The translations under genes were made by a program, and so were the position numbers. A stretch of DNA of 58,965 nt, filler included. It is 7 parts of 7 records of this genome, joined end to end, with 100 filler letters (N's around TTAATTAATTAA, not from the genome) between each part and the next. Parts side by side here need not be neighbours in the genome. Positions count along the whole stretch, not along the records: positions 36,414 to 44,155 come from SRR31147125_26780; positions 44,256 to 49,401 come from SRR31147125_26785; positions 49,502 to 58,965 come from SRR31147125_26795; 4 more parts are not named here. The stretch is one strand, 5' to 3'. The notes under the pieces were generated by a model. It saw only the letters and a program-made list of their open reading frames with translations, was not told the origin of the DNA and did no database searches. Shown here in pieces: positions 42,500 through 53,352 of the stretch (position 1 is the stretch's first letter; each line of letters begins with the position of its first letter).

Positions 42500-42557
42500 T
42501 GTTTAAATAACGCTTCCGGCCGAAACAAAATCCGCGCGGCTGAAGCGAACCGTATGC
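42500..42557 (+). mobile_element. Degenerate short attC-like site
   Basis: TGTTTAAA...CGCTTCCGGCCG / CGGCTGAAGCG (one extrahelical base)...GTATGC, starting 5 nt after the stop. Confidence 0.4.
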
Positions 42558-42642
42558 CATACTGGATTTACACATATCGATTTTCTTAATTTGTTTAAAT
42601 TTAATATTTATTCTAAACAAATCTTAAAAGAGGTGATTACTT

Positions 42643-44155
42643 GTGCTGAAAAATACAATCATCCCTGTTCTTGTTATCCTGTTTAGCTTTTCTTTATGCT
42701 TTGCACAGAATTTAGAGATTATCGATGATTGGTACCATATCAATGGAAAGAAATTTTTTGTAAAAGGGATTGGATACGAAACACATACCCGGCCGGGCCA
42801 GGTTCCCTGGGTATATGAGTTTGATGCTGACTTGATTAAATTTGATTTAAATCGTATTAAAGATGCCGGTTTTAATACGATACGAACCTGGGGAGCACTG
42901 AGTGAGGAAGAATTACAGTTTGTGGAATCTTCAGGTTTGAAGATTTTATTCGGGATCTGGATCGATCCTCACGGTGACTTTGGCAATGAAATCTTTAAAA
43001 ACTCTGCGCTCAATCATGTCAGGGATGTCCTGAATTATTCACATAAATATACTTCCATCATTGGATATCTTATAATGAACGAGCCGCAAGTAAACCATAT
43101 TTACGACGCCGGTGCTCAGGAACTTTTTGATTTATGGCAATCCATTACTAATTATATTCATGAAAAACATTCGGGAATTCCTGTTTCCTTTTCAAATACA
43201 ATAATAGGTGATTATATCGGGATGGAACTATTTGATGTGGCTGCTTATAACGCTTATATTTATAACCCGGTAACAATAAGCCATTCCCATGGTTACGCCG
43301 GTTTTCTCAACTATCTCAAAAAAAACCGCTCACCTCAAAAACCGTTCATTGTTACAGAATATGGATTGTCAGTTTCTCCCGGTTCATCAGTGGAATATGG
43401 ATACGGAGGTAATACCCTTAAACAGCAGCAGACTGGAAACCTGTTAATGTACCGCGAACTAATTGACGCCGGAGCACAGGGCGGATGTGTATTCCAGTAT
43501 CACGATGGCTGGTGGAAAGGCGGCAACGAATTTGTACACGATCCGGTTGCCGAGGAATGGTTTGGCTTGATCGAATTCTCCAGTTCCTCAGACAAATTCG
43601 GCCTGCCCCGTCCTGTCTGGTCCGCTTTTAATGAATACAATAATGCAATAATCACAAATCCCAAAAATGATTGCATTTACAATAATATCATTCCATTGGA
43701 GTTTTTTACTAATGAAGAAGTAGCATCTTATTCAATTAACCTGAATGACAGTACCCTGGTTTCTGAATTACTCACTGATACCTATTATACCAGTGAATTA
43801 AATCTAAACATGAATGAAGAAATAAAAGATATGGAATTAGAATTTCATTTTTTTAATTCGACAAAGGATACATTAAAAACGGAAACCATAACGATTTTAC
43901 ATTCAAAGAATGAATTGACATTACCCCAAATCGATTTTGAGGTCATACCGGAAAATCTCGTTCCGGGTGGACAAAATCATTTAAATATGCACGTTACAAT
44001 GGATTCCGTATTTTCCATAGAAGAAAATAAATTAGAATATGTACTCCATCCACATATCGGTTTTGATCCGGGAATCGCAAAATCAAAAGTAATGACATTT
44101 ACTGATAATAAATGGTCTTTTTTAGCCCAACTTCGACACTTAAAATTATTTTCAG
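42643..44155 (+). CDS. Clan GH-A TIM-barrel glycoside hydrolase (GH2/GH5-like), 3' truncated
   Basis: GAGGTG RBS with GTG start, signal peptide, INGKKFFVKGIGY, GFNTIRTW, NEP, VTEYG. Confidence 0.8.
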
Positions 44156-44255
44156 NNNNNNNNNNNNNNNNNNNNNNNNNNNNNNNNNNNNNNNNNNNNT
44201 TAATTAATTAANNNNNNNNNNNNNNNNNNNNNNNNNNNNNNNNNNNNNNNNNNNN
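44156..44255. other. Artificial contig spacer
   Basis: N44-TTAATTAATTAA-N44. Confidence 0.99.
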
Positions 44256-46679
44256 AAAAACAACTCTAAACCCAATTGACGGAATTCGCGGCAACCATTT
44301 GAACGGATGTTTTATATAATAATCCACATATTGTCCATCCTTTGTATCATAACTTATGGTACCGGGTTCCGTATAATAAAGCACATTCCTTCTGGCGTAA
44401 AGATTCCTTACGGAAAAATAGACATTCAAATGCCACGTTGAAAAATGAAACTCTTTTTCCAGACTGATATCGAGTCGGTGATACCAGGGAAAGCGGATCT
44501 TGCCCGGAGGTACATCGATCAAAATGAGATCGTATAAATCAAAATCCTGGTGAGCCGGGCCTTTACTCCATCCTATGTATCGCACAGAAGAGGCATAATA
44601 ATCAGCCACATAAGGTACGCCGGAATACAAAACCCAGGTCCAGGAAAAGGTCCATCTTTTCCCGATATTCTTTGCCGCGTAAAGATCAAGGCGATAGCGT
44701 TGATCCCAATTTGTATCATATTGAATGCTGTCAATAGTGCGATGGGTACGACTATAAGTCAGTGCCAGCCAGCTTTTCCAGCCAAAGAGCCGGCTTTTGG
44801 CAGAAAATTCCAAACCGCGAGCCTGACCCGGAATCCGAATAAAATCAGGTCCGGGACCAACAACCTTTAAAAGTCCATCATAATTTTTAATAAAAGCGCT
44901 TAAAGAAACCTGTTTTTCTTCGCCGGCATTATATTCTACATTACAAACATAATGAGTGGCTTTTTCAATATCCAGACTGTCACCCACAGGAAAATATAAA
45001 CGTAAAAATCCTACCATACTTTCTTCTAACGAGGTCACTAGTCCCTGAGTAAAACGGCCGCAGGCCAGTTTAGCTGACCAGTTATTATTAAAGTCATATC
45101 TCAGATTGAGACGAGGTTCCAGAGCAAAGTCGCTGTGATTGCTCCACGTTGTGGCGCGTAATCCTGCTCTGAGATGGTATTTATTGGCAAAATCCCATAA
45201 CATTTCGCCGTATCCTGTTTCCATCACCACCTTTTTTTGGTAATCAAAATTTTGTGGCGCGTAATCAAAATACAGGCCAATATGATCCTGGTAATTATAA
45301 AGTGGGGTGAATGGCAGGTATTTATTACCCCAGCCATAGTTGGTTTGAAAAATAGTGTGCTGAATACCACCAAGCACTGAAAAATTTGATGCGTATTTCC
45401 AGTTAAAAGATAAAAGTGCGGAACGGTCAGTCATATCATTATCGACGTAAACGATATTTTCTTTATCCCGTTCGACAACCGCCTGAATCAACGGTTCATA
45501 TTCAGGAGGGTATTCATCCGGAAAAATGGATTGTTTATCCGTGTCAAAAATATTGCCGGAAACACTCTGATAAATCTGTGCACGTACTGATAAATCTGAA
45601 AAGAAACGGCGGTCCCAGGCAAAACTGTAAAGACGATTTCTCCAGTGAAAACGTCCTTCATAAGTCTCTTTATAGGTAATATACTCATTGGGAATATCCA
45701 GTGGAGAATGAAGTGTGCTCTCGCTCTCGGATTTCTCCGAATAACGATCTTTAAAATCAAAAAACATGACGCTAAAGGTATTATCAGAATCAGGCTTATA
45801 GGCCAGTTTAGCAAAAAAATCATAAAAACTATAAGGTATACCATTTCCCAGATTTTTAAAGAGAATGTCGCAATAACTTTTACGTCCGGAAACGAGCCAT
45901 TCCAGTTTATTTTTCCATCTGCCGCTGGCAGTCAGATCCGCACCGAGAAAAGATATATCCGCACTTAATTCGAGAGGTTTTTGTGGTGTATGTGTGCGAA
46001 TATTCATCACCGAACTGAGGCGGTTACCATACTGTACCGAAAACCCACCCGGGGAAAACTGCACTTCGCCAACCAGATCTGCGTTAAAGGCACTGGCAAT
46101 GCCAAAAACATGAAAGGGATAATATACCGGCACACCTTCCAGCAACACCAGATTCTGATCCGGGCTACCGCCGCGCACATTGAGTTCGCTGGTCAGGTCA
46201 TGTGTACTGATGACACCGGGTAAAAATTGCAATGAACGGTTGATATCCGGGTAAACAGTGTATGGTACAGTACGAATATCCTTAAAATTAAGACGAACCG
46301 AACCAGGTTCGAATGAAAGTGAGCGAATTTCATCCTCAAAACGATTTGCTTCAACCCTTAGTTCATCCAGGATAAGAATGGATCTTTCCAGGTCAATATA
46401 ATTGGTTTTTTGTCCAACATATAATTGTCTGGCCGGGATTTGTTTGCCGGTATAACCCATATAGCTGACAAATAAGGTATCTCCTTCAACACTGGATAAC
46501 GTCAGTTTGAATCGGCCGTATTTATCCGTTGTGGCACCTGATTTACTTTTCAAGAAATAAACATTCGCGCCAACCAGAGTATGCCGGGACACCTTGTCCT
46601 GTACAACGCCGGAAATCTTTTCCTGGGCAAAGGAGTTAATGGATACTATAAAGAGAGCAATAAATAAATATAATCTCAT
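44256..46679 (-). CDS. TonB-dependent receptor with N-terminal carboxypeptidase-regulatory-like domain (reaches the contig edge at about its C-terminus)
   Basis: Plug motif LQFLPGV...NVRGGSPDQNLVLLEG...GGFSVQYGNRLSSV; EPRL; ends IPSIGFRVVF. Confidence 0.9.
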
Positions 46680-47563
46680 TCTGTTAAACCTTCTTTTTTT
46701 GTATATCTGACGGCAACAGAATGCCTTATTGTGTAGGAAGTTGAAAAGTACCCGATCCCATTGGCAATATTATCATTTTGGCCGGACTTGAGGTTGAGTT
46801 CTTTACCAACCTGCTCTATTCTAAAATTTTCTCCATAAGGATCCTTATAATTTTCATGAAAATATCCATAGCTGTTTGGATAGGGTAGAAAACTGGAATC
46901 ATAGGCTGTAATAACCAATTCTACCGTTTCGACATAACTGGTTGAATCAGGATTTTTATGGAAATAATCTGTAACATCTCTTTCATATAAATAAACACTG
47001 TTATCTACAGATGATTTTCCAAGCGAGCGTCCCGCACTAACTAAATAGGACAAAGCGTGCTGACTTTTTGTCCATGAGATCTGTGGCGGTATTATTATTT
47101 TTGGCCTTATATAAGGATAATCCCAGTATATTAATATGTAATCCAGGGTATCGTTTTTTATATCTGTCACAATGTGAAATTCGTCAGGTACAAATGCCGA
47201 GGCCTGAATGGTTTCCCCGTCCGGTAACGTGGCATTTATATCATATTTTCCCCCTGGTTTTACTTTAAGTGAATTATCCATATCCACGTAAAAACCAGGC
47301 TTTAGTTCTGTCAATAAAACACTCTGTCCTTCGCCACTTATAACAACCCGGGCACCACTAACGTCGATGGGTATGTCTTCCGGCACGGTTTTACCAATAA
47401 TGGCGCCCTGTTGTTCCAAGCCAGGAGATATTTTGCAGCACAGATAGTATTTTCCGATGATTTCCGGATCAATGACGATTGGGTCATTGCTGCAGGTGCA
47501 AATAGTTATGGCGTAAAGAAAAAGTGTGATAATAAGTATAGAGTATTTTACAAGATGCAACAT
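46676..47563 (-). CDS. Putative lipoprotein, DUF4249-like partner of the TonB-dependent receptor
   Basis: Lipobox-like TCS, VSGARVVI, PGGKYDI, and C-terminal NIANGIGYF. Overlaps the receptor start by 4 nt. Confidence 0.65.
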   Translation of the reverse strand: MLHLVKYSILIITLFLYAITICTCSNDPIVIDPEIIGKYYLCCKISPGLEQQGAIIGKTVPEDIPIDVSGARVVISGEGQSVLLTELKPGFYVDMDNSLKVKPGGKYDINATLPDGETIQASAFVPDEFHIVTDIKNDTLDYILIYWDYPYIRPKIIIPPQISWTKSQHALSYLVSAGRSLGKSSVDNSVYLYERDVTDYFHKNPDSTSYVETVELVITAYDSSFLPYPNSYGYFHENYKDPYGENFRIEQVGKELNLKSGQNDNIANGIGYFSTSYTIRHSVAVRYTKKEGLTE

Positions 47564-47662
47564 TAACCTCTATTATTTTCGTCATGTCAATTCATTTTAT
47601 TTAAAGCGCAGGTCAGGGACCAATTTTGATCCGGTTAAGGCAGAGGCCCCTTTCCATCATCC

Positions 47663-47802
47663 ACCCTGGGTTGGAAACCCATGGCGCGCAGAAAACAGCT
47701 AGCTAATAAACTTTTTTGCGTACGAATAAAATGGATCCTGTTTTCAATTCCTTTTGGGCGGATGCCTTAATTCATTCTACACCCCGAGAGAATTCCCGGG
47801 GC
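47663..47802. repeat. Dispersed intergenic repeat; other copies at 49335-49401 and 36422-36453
   Basis: TTGCGyACGAATAAAATGGATCCTGkTTTCAAyTCCT...ATGCCyTAATyCATTCTACA at 47716-47781 and 49335-49401. ACCCTGGGTTGGAAA...TGGCsCGCAGAAA at 47663 and 36422. Confidence 0.8.
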
Positions 47803-47969
47803 GATCAGAATTTAACAAATAATTTACTGCTTTAACCGTTTAAGCATATACTTTTTTACAAAACTTGTCCATCCTGAACAGCAAAGTCTATCCACTAAAA
47901 TTGAAAAGATATCCCAAAACTCACAAATAAGGTCTTTCTATCAACGTCAAAACTTGACGCATACACACT

Positions 47970-49148
47970 TCATGACCATGGCGGAACGCCCAGACTGTCC
48001 ATTAAGTGAAATGAACTGGCACTCCATTTTGAATCCAGGTGAAAACCCAATGAATGGAACAGCACGCTTGCGCCAAACACAACGTCATTGTAAAAGAGAT
48101 CCTCTTCCGATTTTTGGGTATAAACATCACCATAACTCACCCGTTTATCAACTTTTGACCTCCAATAAGCTTTATAACCAAAATAAATTGGAATGTTCAT
48201 ATTCCTTCTACTCAAATTATATTCGATACCACCCGAGAGTTTTGATATACTGCTAAACTCGTTTTTATAATCGTGATAATCCATTTCCGCGTGGCGTTGA
48301 AAACCACAACCTAAGCCCAGTGTCAGATGAGAAAACAATGGATAAGCTGCGCCAACTTGCAGTGCGCCATTGAATTTTTGCTCATATTGATAATCTCTTT
48401 CATCAAAAAAATGATTTGCATGACTTTCGCCCTTCATTAATGTCATGGGTAAATAGACTGTTGTACCGAGAGATAAAGAACCGATTTGTCCTCGCGCTCC
48501 GAAATGCCAGCCAAAACCCGTATAATCACAGGATCCTTCAGTTTTCGCCTGATAATAAGGTTCTATTGAAAAATCGTTAAAAGACCATTCAACCTTACCA
48601 AACCATTTTGTTGCGCCAATACCTAGACTGAATTTTGTATCAAGCGGAATACCGATTGCCATTGAAGCGGATCCAATACGGCCGTGCCGGTCAGAATTAG
48701 AAAGAAACAATTCTTTGCTTTTGGACACATATCGGTCATCGTACTCTGGCCATTGATAACCGTTGTACGAAGCAGACAATAAAAGTCGTTTCTTTAAAAA
48801 GTGCACAGGTAGAGTTGCTGTGATATAACCTGGACTGATGCCTTGTTTCCAGTCTTGTTCCTGACTATCGTTAAGCCATGGCTGATTAAAATCTAGTTTC
48901 GTTTGCACCTGAGACAAGCTTAGGAACAAGCACGGACGGTCACTTTGGGTGAGATTGGCTGGATTGCTGAATGTGTTTACAACACGATCGCTCACAGCAA
49001 CAGTCACGCCTCCCATCCTTTGACCTGCGATATCCTGCATCTCATAAGGTGAAGACAAATTAAAAGAAATGCCGTTCTGGGCAAAAGACATCCCTGCGAT
49101 CAAAATGAGCACACCAGGACATAAAAAAAAACGGATAAACTTTTTCAT
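47970..49148 (-). CDS. Outer-membrane beta-barrel protein, FadL/OmpP1/PorV-like
   Basis: Signal peptide, MGGVTVAV...FSNPANL hatch-like motif, amphipathic strands. Confidence 0.7.
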   Translation of the reverse strand: MKKFIRFFLCPGVLILIAGMSFAQNGISFNLSSPYEMQDIAGQRMGGVTVAVSDRVVNTFSNPANLTQSDRPCLFLSLSQVQTKLDFNQPWLNDSQEQDWKQGISPGYITATLPVHFLKKRLLLSASYNGYQWPEYDDRYVSKSKELFLSNSDRHGRIGSASMAIGIPLDTKFSLGIGATKWFGKVEWSFNDFSIEPYYQAKTEGSCDYTGFGWHFGARGQIGSLSLGTTVYLPMTLMKGESHANHFFDERDYQYEQKFNGALQVGAAYPLFSHLTLGLGCGFQRHAEMDYHDYKNEFSSISKLSGGIEYNLSRRNMNIPIYFGYKAYWRSKVDKRVSYGDVYTQKSEEDLFYNDVVFGASVLFHSLGFHLDSKWSASSFHLMDSLGVPPWS

Positions 49149-49401
49149 GTTTTTTCCCTCATTTAAAAAGTTCCATTTTGAATAATAAGTGGTTTCTATT
49201 TCCTTTTTAATCTATTATTTTTTGTTTTGCTTCTTTTTTCGCTAAATGATAAAGTGTGGTTTAGATAAAAATCTGCTCGCAAGTGATTGACCCCCCATGC
49301 GATTTTTTCCATGGAATCCCTTGCGAGCGAGTCATTGCGCACGAATAAAATGGATCCTGGTTTCAACTCCTGTTGGGGCAAATGCCCTAATCCATTCTAC
49401 A

Positions 49402-49501
49402 NNNNNNNNNNNNNNNNNNNNNNNNNNNNNNNNNNNNNNNNNNNNTTAATTAATTAANNNNNNNNNNNNNNNNNNNNNNNNNNNNNNNNNNNNNNNNNNN
49501 N
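49402..49501. other. Artificial contig spacer
   Basis: N44-TTAATTAATTAA-N44. Confidence 0.99.
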
Positions 49502-49735
49502 GATAAAACCAGAGCCCTAGTACACTAGGATGAATGCAAGTTACGACTATTAACCTTTCAAGTCAACCCTTTTTCAAAAATATTTTCTATTTTGTCAAAA
49601 TGTTTATATTGTTAACTGTGAAATGCTTGCTATTCGCGGCCTTGAGCAAATGTTTTTTAATAATATAATTCGAATATTTTTTCTCATTTTTTCTTCTGCA
49701 AGAATCTTCTATATTTGCGCTGCTAATATGTAGAT

Positions 49736-50286
49736 ATGAAGATACGTAAATTACTTCGTGTGTTGCACCGCGATTTAGGCTATTTCATTGTAGGAATGAC
49801 AATAGTTTATGCTTTATCGGGTATATTTTTAAATCACCGTCACGATTTTAATCCTGATTATAAAATATTAATCGACGATTTTAGCTCGAATATTGATTTG
49901 AGTGGTCATTATTCAGATAAGGAGATTAAATCAATTTTGGAAACTTTGCCCATTGATGTAAAATACAAAAAACATTACACCAATAATCAGGGGCTAATTA
50001 AAGTTTTTATTGAAAACGGAGAAGTGGTGATCAATCCTGATACCGGAAATGGTACTTATCAATACCTTCAAAAAAGGCCATTAATCTTTGGTATGAACAA
50101 ATTACATAAAGCAACTATTGGAACTTCTGGAAATGGGTTAGCGATATTATGGCTGTTATTCTTCTATTTGTTGCAGTTTCTGGTTTGTTTCTATTAAAAG
50201 GTAAAAGAGGTTTTAAACGGTGGGGGTGGTGGCTAACAATAGGCGGCTTTGTTGTACCTTTAATTTTTGCAATTCTATTTATTTAA
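49736..50286 (+). CDS. PepSY-associated TM helix protein (frameshift near 50128)
   Basis: LHRDLGYF...YALSGIFLNH, MNKLH. One extra T gives GTSWKWVSD...SGLFLLKGKRG...LFI*. TATATTTG -7 box at 49710-49717. Confidence 0.85.
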
Positions 50287-50304
50287 TCAAATACAATCTG
50301 AACT

Positions 50305-50790
50305 ATGAAAAAATTGGCATTATTAGGATTAGTCCTTGTCCTTTTTGCTTGTGGACAACAAACTAAAAAACAAGAAAACAAATCGGCAGAAGTTAAACAG
50401 GTGGTTTTATCTGTTGATGAACTATTGGAAAAAGCTGCTGACCTTGCAGGCACTGAAGTTGTTGTAAAGGGGACTGTAATGCATGTTTGCAAACACGGCG
50501 GACAACGTTGTTTTTTAATGGGTAGTACCGAAGATTTTACAATTCGTGTTGAAGCCGGCGAAAAAATAGGAACTTTTAGCCAGGAACAAATGGGAAGCGA
50601 CTTGCAAATTACAGGTGTTTTTACAGAAGTAAAAACCGATGCTGATGCCCATAAACCGGGCGAGCACGATGGTGACGAAGAACATGCAGAAGATGAAGAC
50701 ACTGAAAGAGCTCATCAGGTTATTGCTGAAAATGAAGAAAAAATGGAAACAGAATATTTTATAAAAGGTGTTTCTGTGGTTGAGTTGTAA
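50305..50790 (+). CDS. Hypothetical lipoprotein, OB-fold-like, with His/acid-rich segment
   Basis: Lipobox LFAC, VVVKGTVMHVCKHGGQRC, HKPGEHDGDEEHAEDED. Confidence 0.7.
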   Translation: MKKLALLGLVLVLFACGQQTKKQENKSAEVKQVVLSVDELLEKAADLAGTEVVVKGTVMHVCKHGGQRCFLMGSTEDFTIRVEAGEKIGTFSQEQMGSDLQITGVFTEVKTDADAHKPGEHDGDEEHAEDEDTERAHQVIAENEEKMETEYFIKGVSVVEL

Positions 50791-50822
50791 AAACGAACTA
50801 ACTATAATATATGGGGAGAGTG

Positions 50823-51299
50823 CTATTCGTGCTCTCCTTTTTTTATGCCTTTTTTCGGAATAAAATCGAGAGATACAGAATTTACACAGTGCCTGGTATT
50901 TTTTTTGGTAAATCCCTCGTCATAAAAAACATGGCCTAAATGTCCACCGCAATTGGCGCAGGTTATTTCTGTTCTTCTGCCATCGGCATCTACCGATTTG
51001 TGTACAGCACCTTCAATTTCATCGTCGAAACTGGGCCATCCGCAATGCGCATCAAATTTGTCGGACGAACGATAAAGTGCAGCACCACATTGTTTACAAG
51101 TATATGTTCCGGCTTCTGTGTGTTGGTAGTATTCGCCCGTAAAAGGTTGTTCTGTGCCTTTTTCTATAATCACAAAGTGTTCAAAATCATTAAGTTTATT
51201 CAATTTCATTGTTTCATCGGTTTTCTGGCTCTTTTGTGTCTCTTGGGCAAATCCTGTAACAGAAGCTACAACAACCAGCATAATTAATAATGTTCTCAT
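50823..51299 (-). CDS. msrB: Peptide methionine-(R)-sulfoxide reductase with signal peptide
   Basis: [35 protein letters not shown]. Confidence 0.95.
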   Translation of the reverse strand: MRTLLIMLVVVASVTGFAQETQKSQKTDETMKLNKLNDFEHFVIIEKGTEQPFTGEYYQHTEAGTYTCKQCGAALYRSSDKFDAHCGWPSFDDEIEGAVHKSVDADGRRTEITCANCGGHLGHVFYDEGFTKKNTRHCVNSVSLDFIPKKGIKKGEHE

Positions 51300-51374
51300 A
51301 TTATGAAAACAAGAAGTTGGATGATAGGTTTAAAACCACCGATTAATTTACCTTTGCAAAACATTTTAAAAATC

Positions 51375-52064
51375 ATGGAGATATCAGTTTTATGGGACGA
51401 GCATATAATAGTTGTAGATAAACCCGTTGATTTGCCCGTGCATAAAAACGACTTTATGCCCCACGATGCAGACTACCTGACAAAGGCAATCGGAGATTTA
51501 ACAGGGAAATGGATTTACAATGTGCATCGTCTCGACTCAAAAACATCGGGCGTAATTGTGCTTGCGTTTTCAAAAGAGGCGGCGCATGATTTGGCACTTC
51601 AGTTTGAACAAAAAAATGTAGAGAAAACTTATTTTGCTATTGTTCAGGGAGAACCGGGGGAAGGAGTTTTCGACAGAAAAGTTGTGGTTAAAAAGAAATC
51701 GAAGTTTAAAAAGCCTGCAATAACGAAGTATAAAACGGTAAAAACTATTGAAACCGGAATTTCATATAAAGAGAAGGAAAATGTGAAGTTAAGTTTGGTT
51801 GAGATTAATCCTGAAACAGGACGCTGGCACCAACTTCGCCAACATTTTGCACAACATCGCTTCGATATTTTAGGAGATTCGCATCATGGCGATTTTACCC
51901 TCAATAAAATTGCGACAGAAATAACCGGAATAAGAAGATTATTCTTACATGCCGAGAAAATTAAATTCACTCATCCGGTTGAAAAATCGGAAAAAGTCTT
52001 CTCTGCCGAACTACCCGAATCGTTTAATCAGGTTCTTGAAAATCTCAGCCAGGTAGGTACTTAA
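51375..52064 (+). CDS. RluA/TruC-family RNA pseudouridine synthase
   Basis: VVDKP, VHRLDSKTSG, ETGRWHQLR, ILGD, LFLHA. Start placed after the TACCTTTG -7 box at 51349-51356. Confidence 0.92.
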   Translation: MEISVLWDEHIIVVDKPVDLPVHKNDFMPHDADYLTKAIGDLTGKWIYNVHRLDSKTSGVIVLAFSKEAAHDLALQFEQKNVEKTYFAIVQGEPGEGVFDRKVVVKKKSKFKKPAITKYKTVKTIETGISYKEKENVKLSLVEINPETGRWHQLRQHFAQHRFDILGDSHHGDFTLNKIATEITGIRRLFLHAEKIKFTHPVEKSEKVFSAELPESFNQVLENLSQVGT

Positions 52065-52126
52065 CATCTGGTACAACTCGTTTGTCGATTTATTTTTGAT
52101 TTGTTTTTAGTTAAACGGAAATTTGA

Positions 52127-52153
52127 TGTAACGAAATTTTACATCTGACGTCT
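52127..52153 (+). promoter_or_regulatory. Candidate ECF-sigma promoter
   Basis: TGTAAC-N16-CGTCT, 22 nt upstream of the ATG at 52176. Confidence 0.5.
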
Positions 52154-52175
52154 TAATGGAAATAAATCAAAGATC

Positions 52176-52679
52176 ATGAAAAAATTAGCTTTTATATTTC
52201 TGGCAGCCTTATTTATTTTTACATCGTGCGATTACGAACCTTATGTTTCAAAGGCTTTTACTAAATACCGGTTTAAAGATGGTGTTACAACAATTACAGT
52301 TCCGGGGTGGGCCATTCATTTAGCTGCACGAATTGGCGACCTTGAAGAAAGCGAACGCGAAATACTGGAAAGTATTGATAAGGTTAGAGTAATTGCGGTA
52401 GACGACGATGAGTTAAACCAGCGCATTGACTTGCACGAAGAATTTTACGCAGAAATAAATGGAAAAAAGGATTATGAAGAATTGCTCGTGGTCCGCGATG
52501 ATGATGAAAATGTAACCATTTTTGGACGAATGGACGAGACTGTAATAAAAGAGATGGTGGTTTTGGTTGGCGGCGACGATAATGCACTAATTTATATTAA
52601 AGGCGAAATAAGCCCCGAACTACTAAACGACCATATTGATATAACCGATCCCGACAAATATCTAAGTTTCGATTTTTAG
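52176..52679 (+). CDS. DUF4252-like lipoprotein
   Basis: Lipobox FTSC, DGVTTITV, YEELLVVRD, ALIYIKGEI. Confidence 0.75.
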   Translation: MKKLAFIFLAALFIFTSCDYEPYVSKAFTKYRFKDGVTTITVPGWAIHLAARIGDLEESEREILESIDKVRVIAVDDDELNQRIDLHEEFYAEINGKKDYEELLVVRDDDENVTIFGRMDETVIKEMVVLVGGDDNALIYIKGEISPELLNDHIDITDPDKYLSFDF

Positions 52680-52754
52680 AACTTTATTTATGCTATTTAC
52701 ACCAACCTTTCAAATTTGTAATTGCTAATTTTACACCCTCATTAAAGTGGTATT

Positions 52755-53294
52755 GTGCAGAATAAAAATTACGTATTTATAGCCAGAAGTTTAGATGGTT
52801 TTATAGCCGACAAAGATGGTGGAATTGAGTATTTAGAGTCGGTGCCAAATACTGACCATTTAGATATGGACTACAACAATTTAATTGAAAAGATTGATGC
52901 TTTGGTGATGGGGCGCGCAACCTACGAAAAAGTACTCAGCTTTAATATTCCCTGGCCTTATACCAAACCTGTTTTTGTGGTTAGCAACACATTAAAAGTT
53001 GTGCCCGAAGAGTTAATCGGGAAAGTTGAGATTATTACCGGAACACCACAAGAAATGATTCAACTGTTAGAGCAAAAAGGATATTCAAAATTATATATCG
53101 ACGGAGGTGCAACTATTCAAAGCTTTTTAAAAGAGGATTTAATTGATGAGATGATTCTTACCACCATTCCAGTTTTGCTGGGCGGTGGAATTCCATTATT
53201 TGGCGAATTGCCTAAATCGTTAATGTGGGAACATGTTAAATCGGAAGTGTATTTAGATGCGATAACACAAGATACTTACCGGAGGAAAAGATGA
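52755..53294 (+). CDS. Dihydrofolate reductase-like (RibD C-terminal) protein
   Basis: IARSLDGFIA, MGRATYE, YIDGG, LIDEMILTTIPVLLGGGIPLF. Confidence 0.9.
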   Translation: MQNKNYVFIARSLDGFIADKDGGIEYLESVPNTDHLDMDYNNLIEKIDALVMGRATYEKVLSFNIPWPYTKPVFVVSNTLKVVPEELIGKVEIITGTPQEMIQLLEQKGYSKLYIDGGATIQSFLKEDLIDEMILTTIPVLLGGGIPLFGELPKSLMWEHVKSEVYLDAITQDTYRRKR

Positions 53295-53352
53295 ATTTGT
53301 TAATGGGAGTAATATTGGTTTAATACGAAAAATTACTCATAATTAAGGCTCT

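Noticed and set aside
12879-49501. Recurring TTAATTAATTAA palindrome as a biological repeat or CRISPR-like array
   Set aside because: Always centred in identical N runs; it is a six-frame-stop contig linker.
49502-49550. CCTAGT-AC-ACTAGG hairpin at the start of C7 as the 5' end of an ncRNA
   Set aside because: Truncated by the contig break; too little sequence to assign.
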